DNA of 64,000 nt from Nibricoccus sp. (GCA_047602425.1 JASGHG010000001.1:384001-448000), one strand, 5' to 3'. Counted from the stretch's first letter, positions 29,030 to 41,202 are shown. Numbers and translations are program-made. The notes: generated by a model not told the origin, from the letters alone.

Positions 29030-31402
29030 ATGAAATTCCGCCCACTTCTTCTCTGCGTCGTTTGCCTCTGTTCCGCTCTGCTCGCCGTCGGCCGTGAGCC
29101 ACCGACCTCCGCTCGAAAAACCCACTCGTTCGATGCGACGTGGCAATTTCTCAAGAGCGATGCTGCCGGGGCTGAAAAGCCAGAGTTCGACGACGCCAGT
29201 TGGCGCACGCTCAATCTCCCGCACGATTGGAGCATCGAAGGGCCTTTCGACGAAAAAAATCCCACGGGTGGCGCGGGTGGATTTCTGCCCTCGGGCGTCG
29301 CGTGGTATCGCAAGCAGTTCAAACTCGACGACCTATCCGCAAACTCCCGCTATTTTATCGAGTTCGATGGCGTGATGGAAAATAGCGACGTCTGGATCAA
29401 CGGAATCCATCTCGGCAAACGGCCCAATGGTTACGTGAGTTTCCGCTACGAACTGACGGAGCATTTGAAAAAAGGCATGAACATCATCGCGGTCCGCGCC
29501 GACACTTCCGCTCAGCCTGCGTCGCGTTGGTACAGCGGCGCTGGCATCTATCGCCATGTTCGGCTGATTGAGATGCCGAAGGTGAGCCTGGTTTTAGGCG
29601 AAACCCAGATCGTCACTTCCGAAATTTCCGAGAAATCGGCCATGATTACGGTACACGCAAAGGCGACGAACCAGAGCGGCAAAGAAGCAGTCGTTTCCAG
29701 TGTACTAAAGATTCGCGACCCTGCCCAAACCGATCTCGCAACACAAAAGCTAGACGATATCCGCGTCAAAGCAGGTGAATCGGTCGATTTGAATTTCAAG
29801 GTTACCCTGAAAAATCCCGCGCTCTGGAGCATCGAGCAGCCCCATCTTTTAACCGCTGTCGTCACCTGCAACACCGACCGCGAAACGGTTCGCTTCGGCG
29901 TACGCGACGCTCGCTTCGAAGCTGACACCGGCTTCTGGCTCAATGGGAAAAACCTCAAAATCAAAGGCGTCTGCCTGCATCACGACGCTGGGGCCTTTGG
30001 TGCCGCCGTGCCGCTGGAAATTTGGCGGGAGCGGTTGGCTCGGCTGAAGTCACTCGGCGTGAATGCGATTCGCACCGCCCACCATCCGATGGCCCCGGAA
30101 TTCCTCGATCTCTGCGATCAGATGGGCTTCCTCGTGATGGACGAATTTTTTGACTGCTGGACGGTCGCTAAAAATCCCCACGACTACAGCAAAAGCTTCA
30201 AAGATTGGTGGGAGCGCGATCTGCGCGACACCGTGCTGCGCGACCGCAACCACCCGAGCATCATCCTCTACAGTGCGGGCAATGAAATCAAAGATACGCC
30301 GCAGGAAAAACTCGCGTACGGCATTCTTTCCGACCTCGTCGCCGCCTACCACAAATACGATCCGACACGCCCCGTCACGCAGGCGCTTTTTCGCCCAAAT
30401 CACAGTCACGACTTTGACAATGGCCTCGCCGACCTGCTCGATGTGATCGGCACCAACTACCGCGACGTCGAACTCCTCGCCGCGCAGAAAGCCAAGCCGA
30501 CCCGCAAGATCATCGGCACCGAACAGTCCCACGACCGCAAGGTTTGGCTCCGCTGCCGTGACAATCCGCAGCACGCTGGCCAGTTTCTCTGGACGGGCAT
30601 CGACTACGTCGGCGAGTCCCGCAAATGGCCAATCATGGCAAGTGGTTCGGGTTTGCTCGACAAAACCGGCACCATTCGCGCCATGGCCTGGGAACGCGCC
30701 TCGTGGTGGAGCGACCAGCCCGTATTGAAAATCGTGCGCCGCAAGGGTGAATGGAAATTCGCGCCCGCCGATCCTGGCTTCACGCCGCTTGATCGTTCGC
30801 AGGTTGTCTTTGCGGATTGGACGTCGCGCAACGCCGAACCGCATGAGGAAACCGTGGAAATCTATAGCAATTGCGAAACTGTCGAACTATTCCTCAACGA
30901 CAAATCGCTCGGCGCACAGAACCTCCCGGCCGACGCGTCTCCTCGTGCTTGGAAAGTCGCTTACGCGCCCGGTACGCTCAAGGCCATCGGTCGCAACGGA
31001 AACAAGATCGTCGCCAACGACGAACTCCGCACGGCGGGTCCCGCCGCCGCGATCCAACTCACAACCCATCGCGCAAAACTCACGCCGGGTTTCGACAACG
31101 TTGCCATCGTCACCGCCACCGTAGTCGATGCCAACGGCGTCCGCGTGCCAGATGCCACGCCGCTCGTCCAATTCAACGCCGAGGGCCCGGGTAAAATCGT
31201 GGCCGTCGACAATGCCGATATCACCAGTCACGAGCCGTACCAGTCCACCCAGTACAAAGCCTTCGAAGGCACTTGCGTCGCTTACGTGCGTGCCACCGAC
31301 AGCAAGGGTGCCATCACAATCAAGGCTGAAGCCGAGGGCCTCAAGGCCGGCTCGATTCAGATCGAGACGGCGCGTCCAGCAATCTTCCAACTCAAACCGT
31401 AG
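29030..31402 (+). CDS. Secreted GH2 beta-galactosidase-like enzyme
   Basis: Signal peptide, LPHDWSIEG, SRWYSGAGIYR, RDRNHPSIILYSAGNE, WTGIDY. Confidence 0.9.
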   Translation: MKFRPLLLCVVCLCSALLAVGREPPTSARKTHSFDATWQFLKSDAAGAEKPEFDDASWRTLNLPHDWSIEGPFDEKNPTGGAGGFLPSGVAWYRKQFKLDDLSANSRYFIEFDGVMENSDVWINGIHLGKRPNGYVSFRYELTEHLKKGMNIIAVRADTSAQPASRWYSGAGIYRHVRLIEMPKVSLVLGETQIVTSEISEKSAMITVHAKATNQSGKEAVVSSVLKIRDPAQTDLATQKLDDIRVKAGESVDLNFKVTLKNPALWSIEQPHLLTAVVTCNTDRETVRFGVRDARFEADTGFWLNGKNLKIKGVCLHHDAGAFGAAVPLEIWRERLARLKSLGVNAIRTAHHPMAPEFLDLCDQMGFLVMDEFFDCWTVAKNPHDYSKSFKDWWERDLRDTVLRDRNHPSIILYSAGNEIKDTPQEKLAYGILSDLVAAYHKYDPTRPVTQALFRPNHSHDFDNGLADLLDVIGTNYRDVELLAAQKAKPTRKIIGTEQSHDRKVWLRCRDNPQHAGQFLWTGIDYVGESRKWPIMASGSGLLDKTGTIRAMAWERASWWSDQPVLKIVRRKGEWKFAPADPGFTPLDRSQVVFADWTSRNAEPHEETVEIYSNCETVELFLNDKSLGAQNLPADASPRAWKVAYAPGTLKAIGRNGNKIVANDELRTAGPAAAIQLTTHRAKLTPGFDNVAIVTATVVDANGVRVPDATPLVQFNAEGPGKIVAVDNADITSHEPYQSTQYKAFEGTCVAYVRATDSKGAITIKAEAEGLKAGSIQIETARPAIFQLKP

Positions 31403-32075
31403 CGCCGCCGTTTTTCTTGATCTCGTCGTTGTGGCGAATATCGCGCGCTTGGAAGAGAAAAACCATTTCCTCGGCGATGTTCGTCGCATGATCGGCAATA
31501 CGCTCGATTGATTTGGAGATAAACATCAGTTCGATTGCGCGTGAAATCGTGCCCGGGCTCTCGACCATGAAACTGGTGAGCTCGCGATAGAGTTGCTTGT
31601 TGATCGCATCGACCTCGGCATCGCGCTGGACCACTGCCACGGCCTTCGCGGCGTCGCCGTTTAGGAAACAGTCGAGGGCATCGCGCAGCATTTCCAGGGC
31701 AATTTCCGCCATGCGGGGAACGTCGACGTAGGGCTTAAGCTGTGGTTCGGCCGCCAGGCGCACCGCGCGCCGGGCAATGGACGTTGCTTCGTCCCCCACC
31801 CGCTCCAGATCGTGCGAGGCTTTCATGCCGACGATCACCAGCCGGAGATCGGTGGCAATCGGAGCGCGCAGGTTCATATATCGCACGGCTTCGTCGTCGA
31901 TTTCGACCTCAAGCCGGTCGAGTTCGTCGTCAGCCGCGATGACCTGATCGGCCAAAGAAATGTCTGCATCGACCAGGGCTTTGAGTGCACGACGGACCTG
32001 TTCCATCGACTTTTCGCCCATCAGGACGAGGTGTGAACGAAAAGTTTCCAGTTCAACGTCAAAGAAGCGTTTCAT
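31392..32075 (-). CDS. phoU: Phosphate signalling protein PhoU
   Basis: PIATDLR, DLERVGD, ERIADHATNIAE. Confidence 0.95.
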   Translation of the reverse strand: MKRFFDVELETFRSHLVLMGEKSMEQVRRALKALVDADISLADQVIAADDELDRLEVEIDDEAVRYMNLRAPIATDLRLVIVGMKASHDLERVGDEATSIARRAVRLAAEPQLKPYVDVPRMAEIALEMLRDALDCFLNGDAAKAVAVVQRDAEVDAINKQLYRELTSFMVESPGTISRAIELMFISKSIERIADHATNIAEEMVFLFQARDIRHNDEIKKNGGATV

Positions 32076-32081
32076 GTGTAG

Positions 32082-32187
32082 AAAATCTCAAATATCAAAA
32101 TTCCAAACGCCAAAGAGGCAGCTTGGTTTTGGTGAAAGTTGTATTTTGAATATTCTTTGGATTTTGAGCAGTTGGGATTTGCGTTTC
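32082..32187. repeat. AT-rich inverted arrays of ~7-bp units between pstB and phoU
   Basis: AAATCTC-AAATATC-AAAATTCC-AAACGCC-AAA versus TTTGGAT-TTTGAGC-AGTTGGGA-TTTGCGT. Confidence 0.6.
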
Positions 32188-32190
32188 GGC

Positions 32191-33056
32191 TCAGCCGAAA
32201 CGTCCTGAGACATAGGCCTCAGTCTGCGGATTGGAGGGATTCATAAAGATCGTGCGAGTGTCGGCGTATTCGACGAGACGGCCGAGGTAGAAAAAGGCGG
32301 TTTTGTCAGAGCAACGCGCCGCCTGCTGCATGCTGTGAGTGACGATGATGATCGTATAACGTTCCTTGAGCTCGTGAATGAGCTCCTCCACCTTGGCGGT
32401 GGCAATAGGATCAAGCGCGGAGCAGGGCTCATCCATCAAAATAATCTCAGGCTCGACCGCGATGGTCCGGGCAATACAGAGACGCTGCTGCTGCCCGCCG
32501 GAAAGGCCGAGGCCGCTTTCGTGGAGGCGGTCTTTTACTTCATCCCACAAGGCGGCGCCGCGCAGGCTTTTTTCCACGGCTTCATCGAGCCGGGCTTTGT
32601 TTTTAACGCCCTGAATGCGCAAACCGTAAGTGATGTTTTCGTAAATGGACTTAGGAAACGGATTGGACTTTTGAAAGACCATACCGACGCGTTTGCGAAG
32701 CTCGATCGGATCAACGTCGCGGCGGGAAATATCAATGTCGTTGATCTTGATCGATCCGCGGCGAACGGCGGTGCCGTCGATCAGGTCGTTCATGCGATTG
32801 AGACAGCGCAGTAGCGTGGATTTGCCGCAACCGGACGGACCGATGAAGGCGGTGACCCGCTTGGCGTCCAGCTTGAGATTGATATCCGTGAGGGCCTGTT
32901 TTTCGCCGTAGAAAAAATCGAGATTTTGGATATCGATAATGGTGCGGGTGCTGCCAGGTGCGAAATGGCGGGCAGGCGGCACGAGCGGAGCCCGGGTCGA
33001 GGGAGTGGCGGGAGCAGGAACAGACAAATTGTCCATAGTCGCGGTGGTGTTGGCGG

Positions 33057-33063
<7 letters not shown>
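32191..33063 (-). CDS. pstB: Phosphate ABC transporter ATPase
   Basis: [38 protein letters not shown]. Confidence 0.97.
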
Positions 33064-34202
<1,139 letters not shown>

Positions 34203-34206
34203 GCGG

Positions 34207-35817
34207 TCAGCCGATCGAAATTTTATAGCGCCGCACGATGCCCTGCGCGGCGTAGTTGATCGCGAGTGCAAGGAAGAAAAGCACGACGCCCACCATAAAG
34301 AGCGCGCGGTAGTGGATGCTGCCATTGGGCACCTCGCCCATTTCCTGCGCAATAATGCCAGTCATAGTGTGTACTGGCTGGGTGAATACACCAAGGCCCG
34401 CGGTGAAATCCGGAATGGCGATGCGGTTGCCCGCGCAAAGCAATACCACCATCGTCTCCCCCATCACACGGCCAAAGCCGAGCAACACCGCTGAGATGAT
34501 GCCGGAGAGACCGGCCGGCACCACAATCTTCACGATCGTCTGCAGACGGCTGGCGCCCAGCGCAAAGGAAGCTTCCTTAAAGGCACGCGGGACGTTGTTG
34601 ATCGCGTCCTCCGCAAGGGTGAAAATTGTCGGTACGGAAAGCAGCGCGAGCAGGCAACCGGCCGTGAGGGCGTTGAGCCGTTCGCTCATCGGAAAACCCG
34701 GCACCCATGAAAGCCAGGACACCTGCGACACGGAGCGAAGCAACGTGCCGAGTATCGCGATGCCGAAGAAACCGAGTACAACCGAAGGGATCGCCGAGAT
34801 AAACTCGATGCAGGGCTTGATCAACTTCTGCTCCGCCGTCGTCGCGATTTGATTGACGTAAATGGCGGCGGCGACGCCAAGCGGAACGGCAATGACAAGG
34901 GCGATAATCGAAACCAACAGCGAACCAGTAAAAAGAGGCAGGACGCCATACCAGTCCTGCCAGAAACTGGCGGTCAGCCATTGGCGTCCAAAAATAAAAC
35001 CTGAGAAAGACGCGGAAAACGGCACCGGCTCCAGGTAGTTCCATTGCTCCAGCTTGTGTTCCACGGCGGGAAATTGCCCGAGGTGTTCGCGAGCCAGCTG
35101 CTTGAAACGAGTCAGACGCTGCTCCAACTCGGGCGTGGGGAGCGAAGGCGATGCGGTGAGCGCCGCTTCGAGCCGCTCGGAAACGGTTTTGGTCGTTTCC
35201 TTGTATTCCGCGAAACGGCCTATGACTGGCTGAAGACCGGTTTTGAAATCCACTTCATCAACCACGACTTTCGCGGCGTCTTCCGTTCTTCCGGCTGCAA
35301 GGAGTTGCTCGCGCTCCGTGTGCTTGTCGCTGGCCACGGCGAACTTTTCCTTAAGCTCGACGGACGCCTGCGAGAGTTCCCCAATGAAACTGCGCAAAGG
35401 ATCAAGCGCATCGCCGTAATTGGCCGCAAAATCGTCGAAGGCGGAAAGCCGGGCGTTGGCCAGGGCGAGGGGAAGATTTTCCTTCAGCAAATAGTGATTG
35501 AGCGCACGAAGACGTAGGTCTGAAAGGTAACGCGTGAGTGCGGCGTGGTCGGTTTCCTGCTGCCGGATGATATCGACGTATTCCAAGCCGGCGCGGCGGT
35601 AGACCGTGAGGTTGTGGTGGTTTTGCGCGAAGAATTGATAGCCCTCGCGGAAAAGGAAAATCGTGATCAAAGCGAGCACGACCACGGCGACCAAAGCGTT
35701 ACCGCCAAAAAAAGTCTCAATGCACTCGTCTTTGGTCAGCCCGAAGAAACGCGTGCGGGCTTTGACGATCGCAAAGCCTGGCGTGGTGGCGGAAACTGTG
35801 GTGGAAGCGTGGGACAT
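34207..35817 (-). CDS. pstC: Phosphate ABC transporter permease PstC with large periplasmic helical insert
   Basis: AIPSVVLGFFG, EASFALGAS, GETMVV. Confidence 0.93.
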   Translation of the reverse strand: MSHASTTVSATTPGFAIVKARTRFFGLTKDECIETFFGGNALVAVVVLALITIFLFREGYQFFAQNHHNLTVYRRAGLEYVDIIRQQETDHAALTRYLSDLRLRALNHYLLKENLPLALANARLSAFDDFAANYGDALDPLRSFIGELSQASVELKEKFAVASDKHTEREQLLAAGRTEDAAKVVVDEVDFKTGLQPVIGRFAEYKETTKTVSERLEAALTASPSLPTPELEQRLTRFKQLAREHLGQFPAVEHKLEQWNYLEPVPFSASFSGFIFGRQWLTASFWQDWYGVLPLFTGSLLVSIIALVIAVPLGVAAAIYVNQIATTAEQKLIKPCIEFISAIPSVVLGFFGIAILGTLLRSVSQVSWLSWVPGFPMSERLNALTAGCLLALLSVPTIFTLAEDAINNVPRAFKEASFALGASRLQTIVKIVVPAGLSGIISAVLLGFGRVMGETMVVLLCAGNRIAIPDFTAGLGVFTQPVHTMTGIIAQEMGEVPNGSIHYRALFMVGVVLFFLALAINYAAQGIVRRYKISIG

Positions 35818-35913
35818 TTAGAGTAAAACGCGCGCTTACAAAAAGTCAGAGGTCCACCCGCATTCGACAAGTGGACCTCTGTTACATTCACGAAACAAAC
35901 ACACACAAAGTAG

Positions 35914-36723
35914 TTAGCGGACCGGAACGAAACCGACCTTCTCAACGATTTTCTGCCCCTCGTCGCTCAAAGTGAAATCGACGAACTTGGCGGCTTCACC
36001 GGAAGGTTCTCCGTTCGTGTAGTAGAACGTGGGGCGGGCGTACGGATATTTTTTGGAAACGACTGAGTCCTTGTCCGGCGTGGTGCCATCGATCGGGATG
36101 ACTTTGATGCCGTCGGCATGGATGTAGGCGAGCCCCACATAACCGATACCATTGGGATTCTTGGCCACTTCGGAAACGATCTGTTCGTTGCCCGCCATCT
36201 TTTGCGAAGACGGAGCGTAATCGAGTTTGTCCATGGCGAGTTCTTTCCAATCCGAATAGGTGCCCGACGAAGTGTTGCGGGTATAGACCGAGATCTTGCC
36301 CGGCGCGCCGCCGATGGCGGACCAGTCGGTGACGGTGCCGGTGAAGACCTGTTTTACCTGGCGTTTGGTTAGCGCGGTGATCGGACTGTTGGCATTCACG
36401 ATGACTGCCATGCCGTCGTAGGCGACGACGCAGGGCTTCATGTTCACGCCCTTGGCTTGCGCGGCGGACATTTCGGTGGGTTTGGCACGGCGGGAAGACA
36501 TGCCAATCTGCGCGGTGCCATCAATGATCGCAGTGATACCGGTGGTCGAACCTTCGGCGGCAATCTCGAAGGAGGTACCGGGATTCTTGGCCTTGTATTC
36601 TTCCGCAAGTTGCGGGACGAGCTTGGCGCCAAGCGTGTCGGAGCCCTTGATCACGAGCTTTTCGGCGCGGATCAGACCAGTGGTGGCGAGCGCGGCCGCG
36701 AGAAGGAGGAAAGATTTTTTCAT
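35914..36723 (-). CDS. pstS: Phosphate-binding protein PstS
   Basis: Signal peptide, GSDT, GSTTG, SSR, SGT, IGYVG. Confidence 0.93.
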   Translation of the reverse strand: MKKSFLLLAAALATTGLIRAEKLVIKGSDTLGAKLVPQLAEEYKAKNPGTSFEIAAEGSTTGITAIIDGTAQIGMSSRRAKPTEMSAAQAKGVNMKPCVVAYDGMAVIVNANSPITALTKRQVKQVFTGTVTDWSAIGGAPGKISVYTRNTSSGTYSDWKELAMDKLDYAPSSQKMAGNEQIVSEVAKNPNGIGYVGLAYIHADGIKVIPIDGTTPDKDSVVSKKYPYARPTFYYTNGEPSGEAAKFVDFTLSDEGQKIVEKVGFVPVR

Positions 36724-36749
36724 GGAGTTTTATTGGTTATGCTAAGCGG

Positions 36750-38090
36750 TTAGAATTTCACGACGACGTCGGCCTGAAGCAGCCAGTATTTGTCGAGGTT
36801 GTTGTTGGAGCCGATGTCGCCCGCGCCGGGAGCGATGATGGAGTCTTCGATGCGCTTCGCCTGGGCAGCCGTAAGCGTGAAGAGCGTCGCACCTCCCACC
36901 GCGTAGTCGAAGCCGGCCACGACGCCGCGCATGTTCGTGCGACTGTCGAAGACGTCAGAATCCACGAGATTCGGATCGAGCGCGAAAGCCTGAACCGATT
37001 GATATGCTACACGGGCAGCCCAATCCCCTTTGTTAACTGCTTTGCCATACTGAAAACCGACGGTGAACGCTTTGTTTTCGCTATCGAGATCGGAGCGACC
37101 GAATTTGAGAGCGCGATCCTTGGCATCGAGGTTGATCGCAACGTCGGCGTAGGTGCGAAACGGAACGCCGCCCATGACCCAGTTATATTCGAATGGGATT
37201 TCAACGACGGTCAGATTGTTGACCGCAGTTTGATTTGCGGTTGCGGAAAAACCGTCACGGAAGGCTGCAGCGTTTTGCGATGAACGCACGTAGGTATAAA
37301 GCGTCGGCGTGATCAGGAAGTAATTTGTCGCGCCCTCGACGTAGAGTTTATATCCGGCCTGCCACGCGAGAAGACCCATGTCCTTCACATTGGCTCCTGT
37401 GCCGAAGGAATTCTGCGTGTTCGCGGCGCTGTAGAGGAATTGTCCGAACACAGCGGAGAACTCGTTGCTGCCCGTGCGGTATTTGAATTGTTCGGCAAAG
37501 CCCTCGGGATTGATGTCGCCGTCCCAAACCATTGACGTGGTGTTAAGCGGATTCGGCATGCGACCGACCGTGATGTTGAAGAGCGGGCTCGGCGCGTAAT
37601 TGACATAAATCTGGCCGATATAGATGCCGTCGCTCGCCTTATGGAAAGGCGCGGTGTTGGCGGCGGAATCGTCACCCATCGTGACGTTGCTGGAACGGCT
37701 GCCGTTCGCAGTTTCAAGGCGTGCACCAAACGACCAGTTATTCAGCACCTTGCCGGTGATGCTGGTGCGGAAACGATAACGGAAACGATCGCGCTCCAGG
37801 TGATCGCCGGAAGGAAGCGCGCCCGAGCGGCTTTCGAAACGCGCACGCACGTCGCCCGACAAACGAAGCTCGGTCAACGTGGAAGATAGGTTCAGTTTAC
37901 CAGCTGCGGTATTGGCCGCGAAATCCTTCACGAGTTCAGCGCGGAGATTTTCCGCCTCTTGATCGTTGATCACGCCTTTCTTGACGAGCAGGTCGAGCAG
38001 CGGACCGCTGTCTTGGGCAAAGGCCGCGGAGGCGGCGCTGATGACTGCGCTGGCGATCAGCGCCAGCCATTTTGTACGAGTTGTAGCCAT
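36750..38090 (-). CDS. Putative porin heading the pst operon
   Basis: Signal peptide, LLDLLVKKGVI, RFRYRFR, WDGDINPEG, terminal F. Confidence 0.8.
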   Translation of the reverse strand: MATTRTKWLALIASAVISAASAAFAQDSGPLLDLLVKKGVINDQEAENLRAELVKDFAANTAAGKLNLSSTLTELRLSGDVRARFESRSGALPSGDHLERDRFRYRFRTSITGKVLNNWSFGARLETANGSRSSNVTMGDDSAANTAPFHKASDGIYIGQIYVNYAPSPLFNITVGRMPNPLNTTSMVWDGDINPEGFAEQFKYRTGSNEFSAVFGQFLYSAANTQNSFGTGANVKDMGLLAWQAGYKLYVEGATNYFLITPTLYTYVRSSQNAAAFRDGFSATANQTAVNNLTVVEIPFEYNWVMGGVPFRTYADVAINLDAKDRALKFGRSDLDSENKAFTVGFQYGKAVNKGDWAARVAYQSVQAFALDPNLVDSDVFDSRTNMRGVVAGFDYAVGGATLFTLTAAQAKRIEDSIIAPGAGDIGSNNNLDKYWLLQADVVVKF

Positions 38091-38181
38091 ACGGATGTGT
38101 GGTGTTTTACGTTGGATGAAACGCCGGCAACTTGCCGACGGACCACACGATGCCTGCGCCTTGCTACGAACTTGTGGCAGC

Positions 38182-38203
38182 CGCGTTACGAACGCGTGAA
38201 CTT
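38182..38203 (-). promoter_or_regulatory. Candidate Pho-box-like 11-bp direct repeat
   Basis: CGCGTTACGAA/CGCGTGAACTT ~90 bp upstream of porin-pst operon. Confidence 0.35.
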
Positions 38204-38288
38204 CGCCATCTTTTGGAAAAAAGTGTCAGTCGGCCTCGCTGGATGCGCACCCAGCCGTAAGCGACAACCTGTCCACCCGCTCGGAAAC

Positions 38289-40961
38289 TCAGATTGTCGG
38301 CGTTTCCGGCTCCACCACCTGAGCAGTCGTGAGCTGAATGAGGCTTTGCAACGAATTGAAATGCTGACTGAGGTCGAAGTCGCCCTCGACGCCACCGATC
38401 AGCTTGTCGAACAAATCCTTCTTCGAAGCCTTGAGCGCCTGGATGCGCTCCTCGATCGTGCCCGCGGTAACCATGCGGTAGACGAACACGGTATTCGTTT
38501 GTCCAATACGGTGAACGCGATCGACGGCCTGTGCCTCCACCGCCGGGTTCCACCAGGGGTCGAGCAGGAAAACGTAATCGGCCGCGTGCAGGGTGATGCC
38601 GGTGCCGGCGGCCTTGAGGGAGACGAGCATAACAGCGGCGCCCTGGGCGTTTTGAAAACCTTGCACAGGCTTCTGCCGATCCAGCGTCATACCGGTAAGT
38701 TCGTAGCGTGGAAGATCCGGAAACTGCGTGGACAGCGCCTCGCGCACACGATCGAGCAACATCACGAACTGCGAGAAAATGACGGCCTTGTGACCACTGC
38801 TGATGACCTCGGCGAGTTTTTCGACGAGCAGGTTGATCTTTCCCGAATCGGTCAGCGGCGCCTTCATCCAAGGCAGCATGTCGGGATCGCAACAAACTTG
38901 GCGCAGACGCGTAAGGAGCGCGAGGAAACCAAAACTCTTTTCCCTCATCGCGGCGCCCACATCATCGCCGAGACGGTTCAGGCCCTCGGTGCAAATCTTC
39001 GCGTACTCGGCGCGTTGCACATCGGTCAGCGGGCAGAATAACTCCATCTCGACCTTGGGCGGCAGCTCCTTGGCAACTTCGTTCTTCGTGCGGCGTAGAA
39101 TGAATGGTGCCAGTTGTGCGCGCAGGCGACCCAGCGTAGCGATGCGATCGGCGTTAAGCGCAGACTCAAAACCCGAACGAGAACCAAGCAATCCCGGCAA
39201 GAGATAGCGGAAGATGGACCACAGATCGAGCTGGCGGTTTTCCAGCGGCGTACCGGTTAGCACCAGGCGGTGTTTCGCGCGCACGGCGAAGCAGGTCTGG
39301 GTGATTTTCGCGTCGGGATTCTTGATGAACTGGCCTTCATCGAGAATCGCGTAGCCAAATTCGTGCGCGTCGAGCAACGCCTTGTGCTTGCGCAGCTGCG
39401 TATAACTGGCGAGCCAGACGACGGGATCTTTGCGCGAGGTGAAATCGTGGCCCGTCTTGAGCACGTCCACCGCGAGTTGCGGGGCGAACCGCGCCAATTC
39501 CTCGCGCCAAACCGGCACCACGCTCGCCGGACAAACCACGAGCGTCGGCTTTTCGTCGCACGGCCGCATCGAAAGCAGGGAAATCACCTGGAGGGTCTTG
39601 CCCAAACCCATTTCGTCCGCGAGCAAACCATGACAGCCCACATCGCACAGGTGGTGGAGCCACTCGACACCGCGCCGTTGATAGGGACGGAGGATTTCGG
39701 GAAATGGTTTTTCAACCGAAGTCGTCTCAACCACACTCGACCGCCAAGCTTCCAGCTCGGGCGACAGCGTCAGTTTGAAACGTGCATCGCTGAAAAGCGA
39801 AAAAATGAGATATGGCGAGAGCGAACCATCCGCATGCGTCTCAGCAACGTTGCGCTGCCAGGCTTTGATCGATTCGAGCCGGTCCGTGGGAAGCGTGACG
39901 ATGCCGACCGTCGGTAAAAGCACCGGATTCGTGCCCCGCTTGAGCAACAGATCGACCTCCTCCTCCGTGAGGAGTCGTTCACCAGCCTTGAAAATCCAGC
40001 GCAGGTCGAGGCCTTGCCCGTTGCGCCGCGACTGCGCGACCGCTTCGATCTCCAGTGTGCGCGGTCCCTTGAGAAGGTTGGACGCATTTTCGTCGAGTTC
40101 GACGGAAAAGAGCCGTTTCCAAGCGGGCAGCGTGACCTTTAGGAAATTCGGGATTTCTACAACCGACTCCATGAGGTAAACGCCGGTCGTCTGGTTGTAG
40201 GAAAAATGCGCCTTGCGCGCATAGGCGGCGAGGCCGATAAGTTTTGCGCGTTCGCTGGAGGTGACATGCGCGATACCGGGCGCGTGCGAGGCCTGACCGA
40301 GAGCAGGAATGCGGCTTCTGCCATTTTGCCAAAAGGCCTGAAAATGCAGGCCCTCCGCCTTTGTTTCGAAAACCAGTAGCAACGTCCTTGTGGCTGTGTT
40401 TCGCGCGGGACTCGAAGCTGCGGAGGCGCTGCCTGAGGCGGCCGGAGCGGCGGCATGCCCGTTGCCATTGCCATTTCCAGGAGCGGTCGCCGGCCGTGCG
40501 GCAGGTGCGGTTTGCGCATGGCCGTTGCTGTTCGGGGCTCCGTTCTTGGGGACTACGTTTTTGGTTGCACCGTTTTCCGAAGCATCCGGAAGCGCGGAAA
40601 TCTCGTCACAGACGAGCTCTTCGATCTCATGCAAACCAGCTACAGCAAGCGCATGGGCGAGCTCGCGATTGGTCGAAGACGAGCGGACTGAAAGTGTTCC
40701 ATTATCCCATTCAATGACCGCGTACTCATCTTTTTTTTCCACGCGGCGATGGATAATTGCATCATTTGGAGTAAGTTCCAATTCCCGAACTTCGCCGTCG
40801 CGATAGATGCGGCGCCCCTCTTCAAGCTGAGACGTCGAAAAGCTTTCCTCCCAGTCACGTTCCAGTTTTCCGAACCAGAATTCGAGCGACTGCGGGGTGT
40901 AGACGCGTTTCGGGCCGTGGGCTTGCATCAATCTAAAAGAGGGCACGCTAGGCTCCGACAA
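38289..40961 (-). CDS. SNF2-family helicase/ATPase
   Basis: LADEMGLGKT, DEGQ, TGTPLEN, FSQF, DPWWNPAVE, RVHRIGQ. Confidence 0.93.
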   Translation of the reverse strand: MSEPSVPSFRLMQAHGPKRVYTPQSLEFWFGKLERDWEESFSTSQLEEGRRIYRDGEVRELELTPNDAIIHRRVEKKDEYAVIEWDNGTLSVRSSSTNRELAHALAVAGLHEIEELVCDEISALPDASENGATKNVVPKNGAPNSNGHAQTAPAARPATAPGNGNGNGHAAAPAASGSASAASSPARNTATRTLLLVFETKAEGLHFQAFWQNGRSRIPALGQASHAPGIAHVTSSERAKLIGLAAYARKAHFSYNQTTGVYLMESVVEIPNFLKVTLPAWKRLFSVELDENASNLLKGPRTLEIEAVAQSRRNGQGLDLRWIFKAGERLLTEEEVDLLLKRGTNPVLLPTVGIVTLPTDRLESIKAWQRNVAETHADGSLSPYLIFSLFSDARFKLTLSPELEAWRSSVVETTSVEKPFPEILRPYQRRGVEWLHHLCDVGCHGLLADEMGLGKTLQVISLLSMRPCDEKPTLVVCPASVVPVWREELARFAPQLAVDVLKTGHDFTSRKDPVVWLASYTQLRKHKALLDAHEFGYAILDEGQFIKNPDAKITQTCFAVRAKHRLVLTGTPLENRQLDLWSIFRYLLPGLLGSRSGFESALNADRIATLGRLRAQLAPFILRRTKNEVAKELPPKVEMELFCPLTDVQRAEYAKICTEGLNRLGDDVGAAMREKSFGFLALLTRLRQVCCDPDMLPWMKAPLTDSGKINLLVEKLAEVISSGHKAVIFSQFVMLLDRVREALSTQFPDLPRYELTGMTLDRQKPVQGFQNAQGAAVMLVSLKAAGTGITLHAADYVFLLDPWWNPAVEAQAVDRVHRIGQTNTVFVYRMVTAGTIEERIQALKASKKDLFDKLIGGVEGDFDLSQHFNSLQSLIQLTTAQVVEPETPTI

Positions 40962-41202
40962 GGGCTGGGCAATCTCTTTTTACGGTCAAACGGCTGGCCT
41001 GCGGAAAATCTTGGAAAATCCTCGCGCAACCCTATGCGAGCCGTGGACATGGCACGCAAAAAAATGTTTTTGAAAACGGGCTTCCATCGCATCCGCGCGC
41101 ACGAATTCGCCAGCTCGATATCGCATGCGACGAGCCTTCGACCGCGCCGAAAAAATTTCCATTGAGGTTTTCCGCGGCACCAATATTTCGATTGTGGCAA
41201 CC

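Noticed and set aside
40400..40600. Low-complexity NG/A/P stretch in SNF2
   Set aside because: Ordinary disordered linker; no intein or repeat-element signature.
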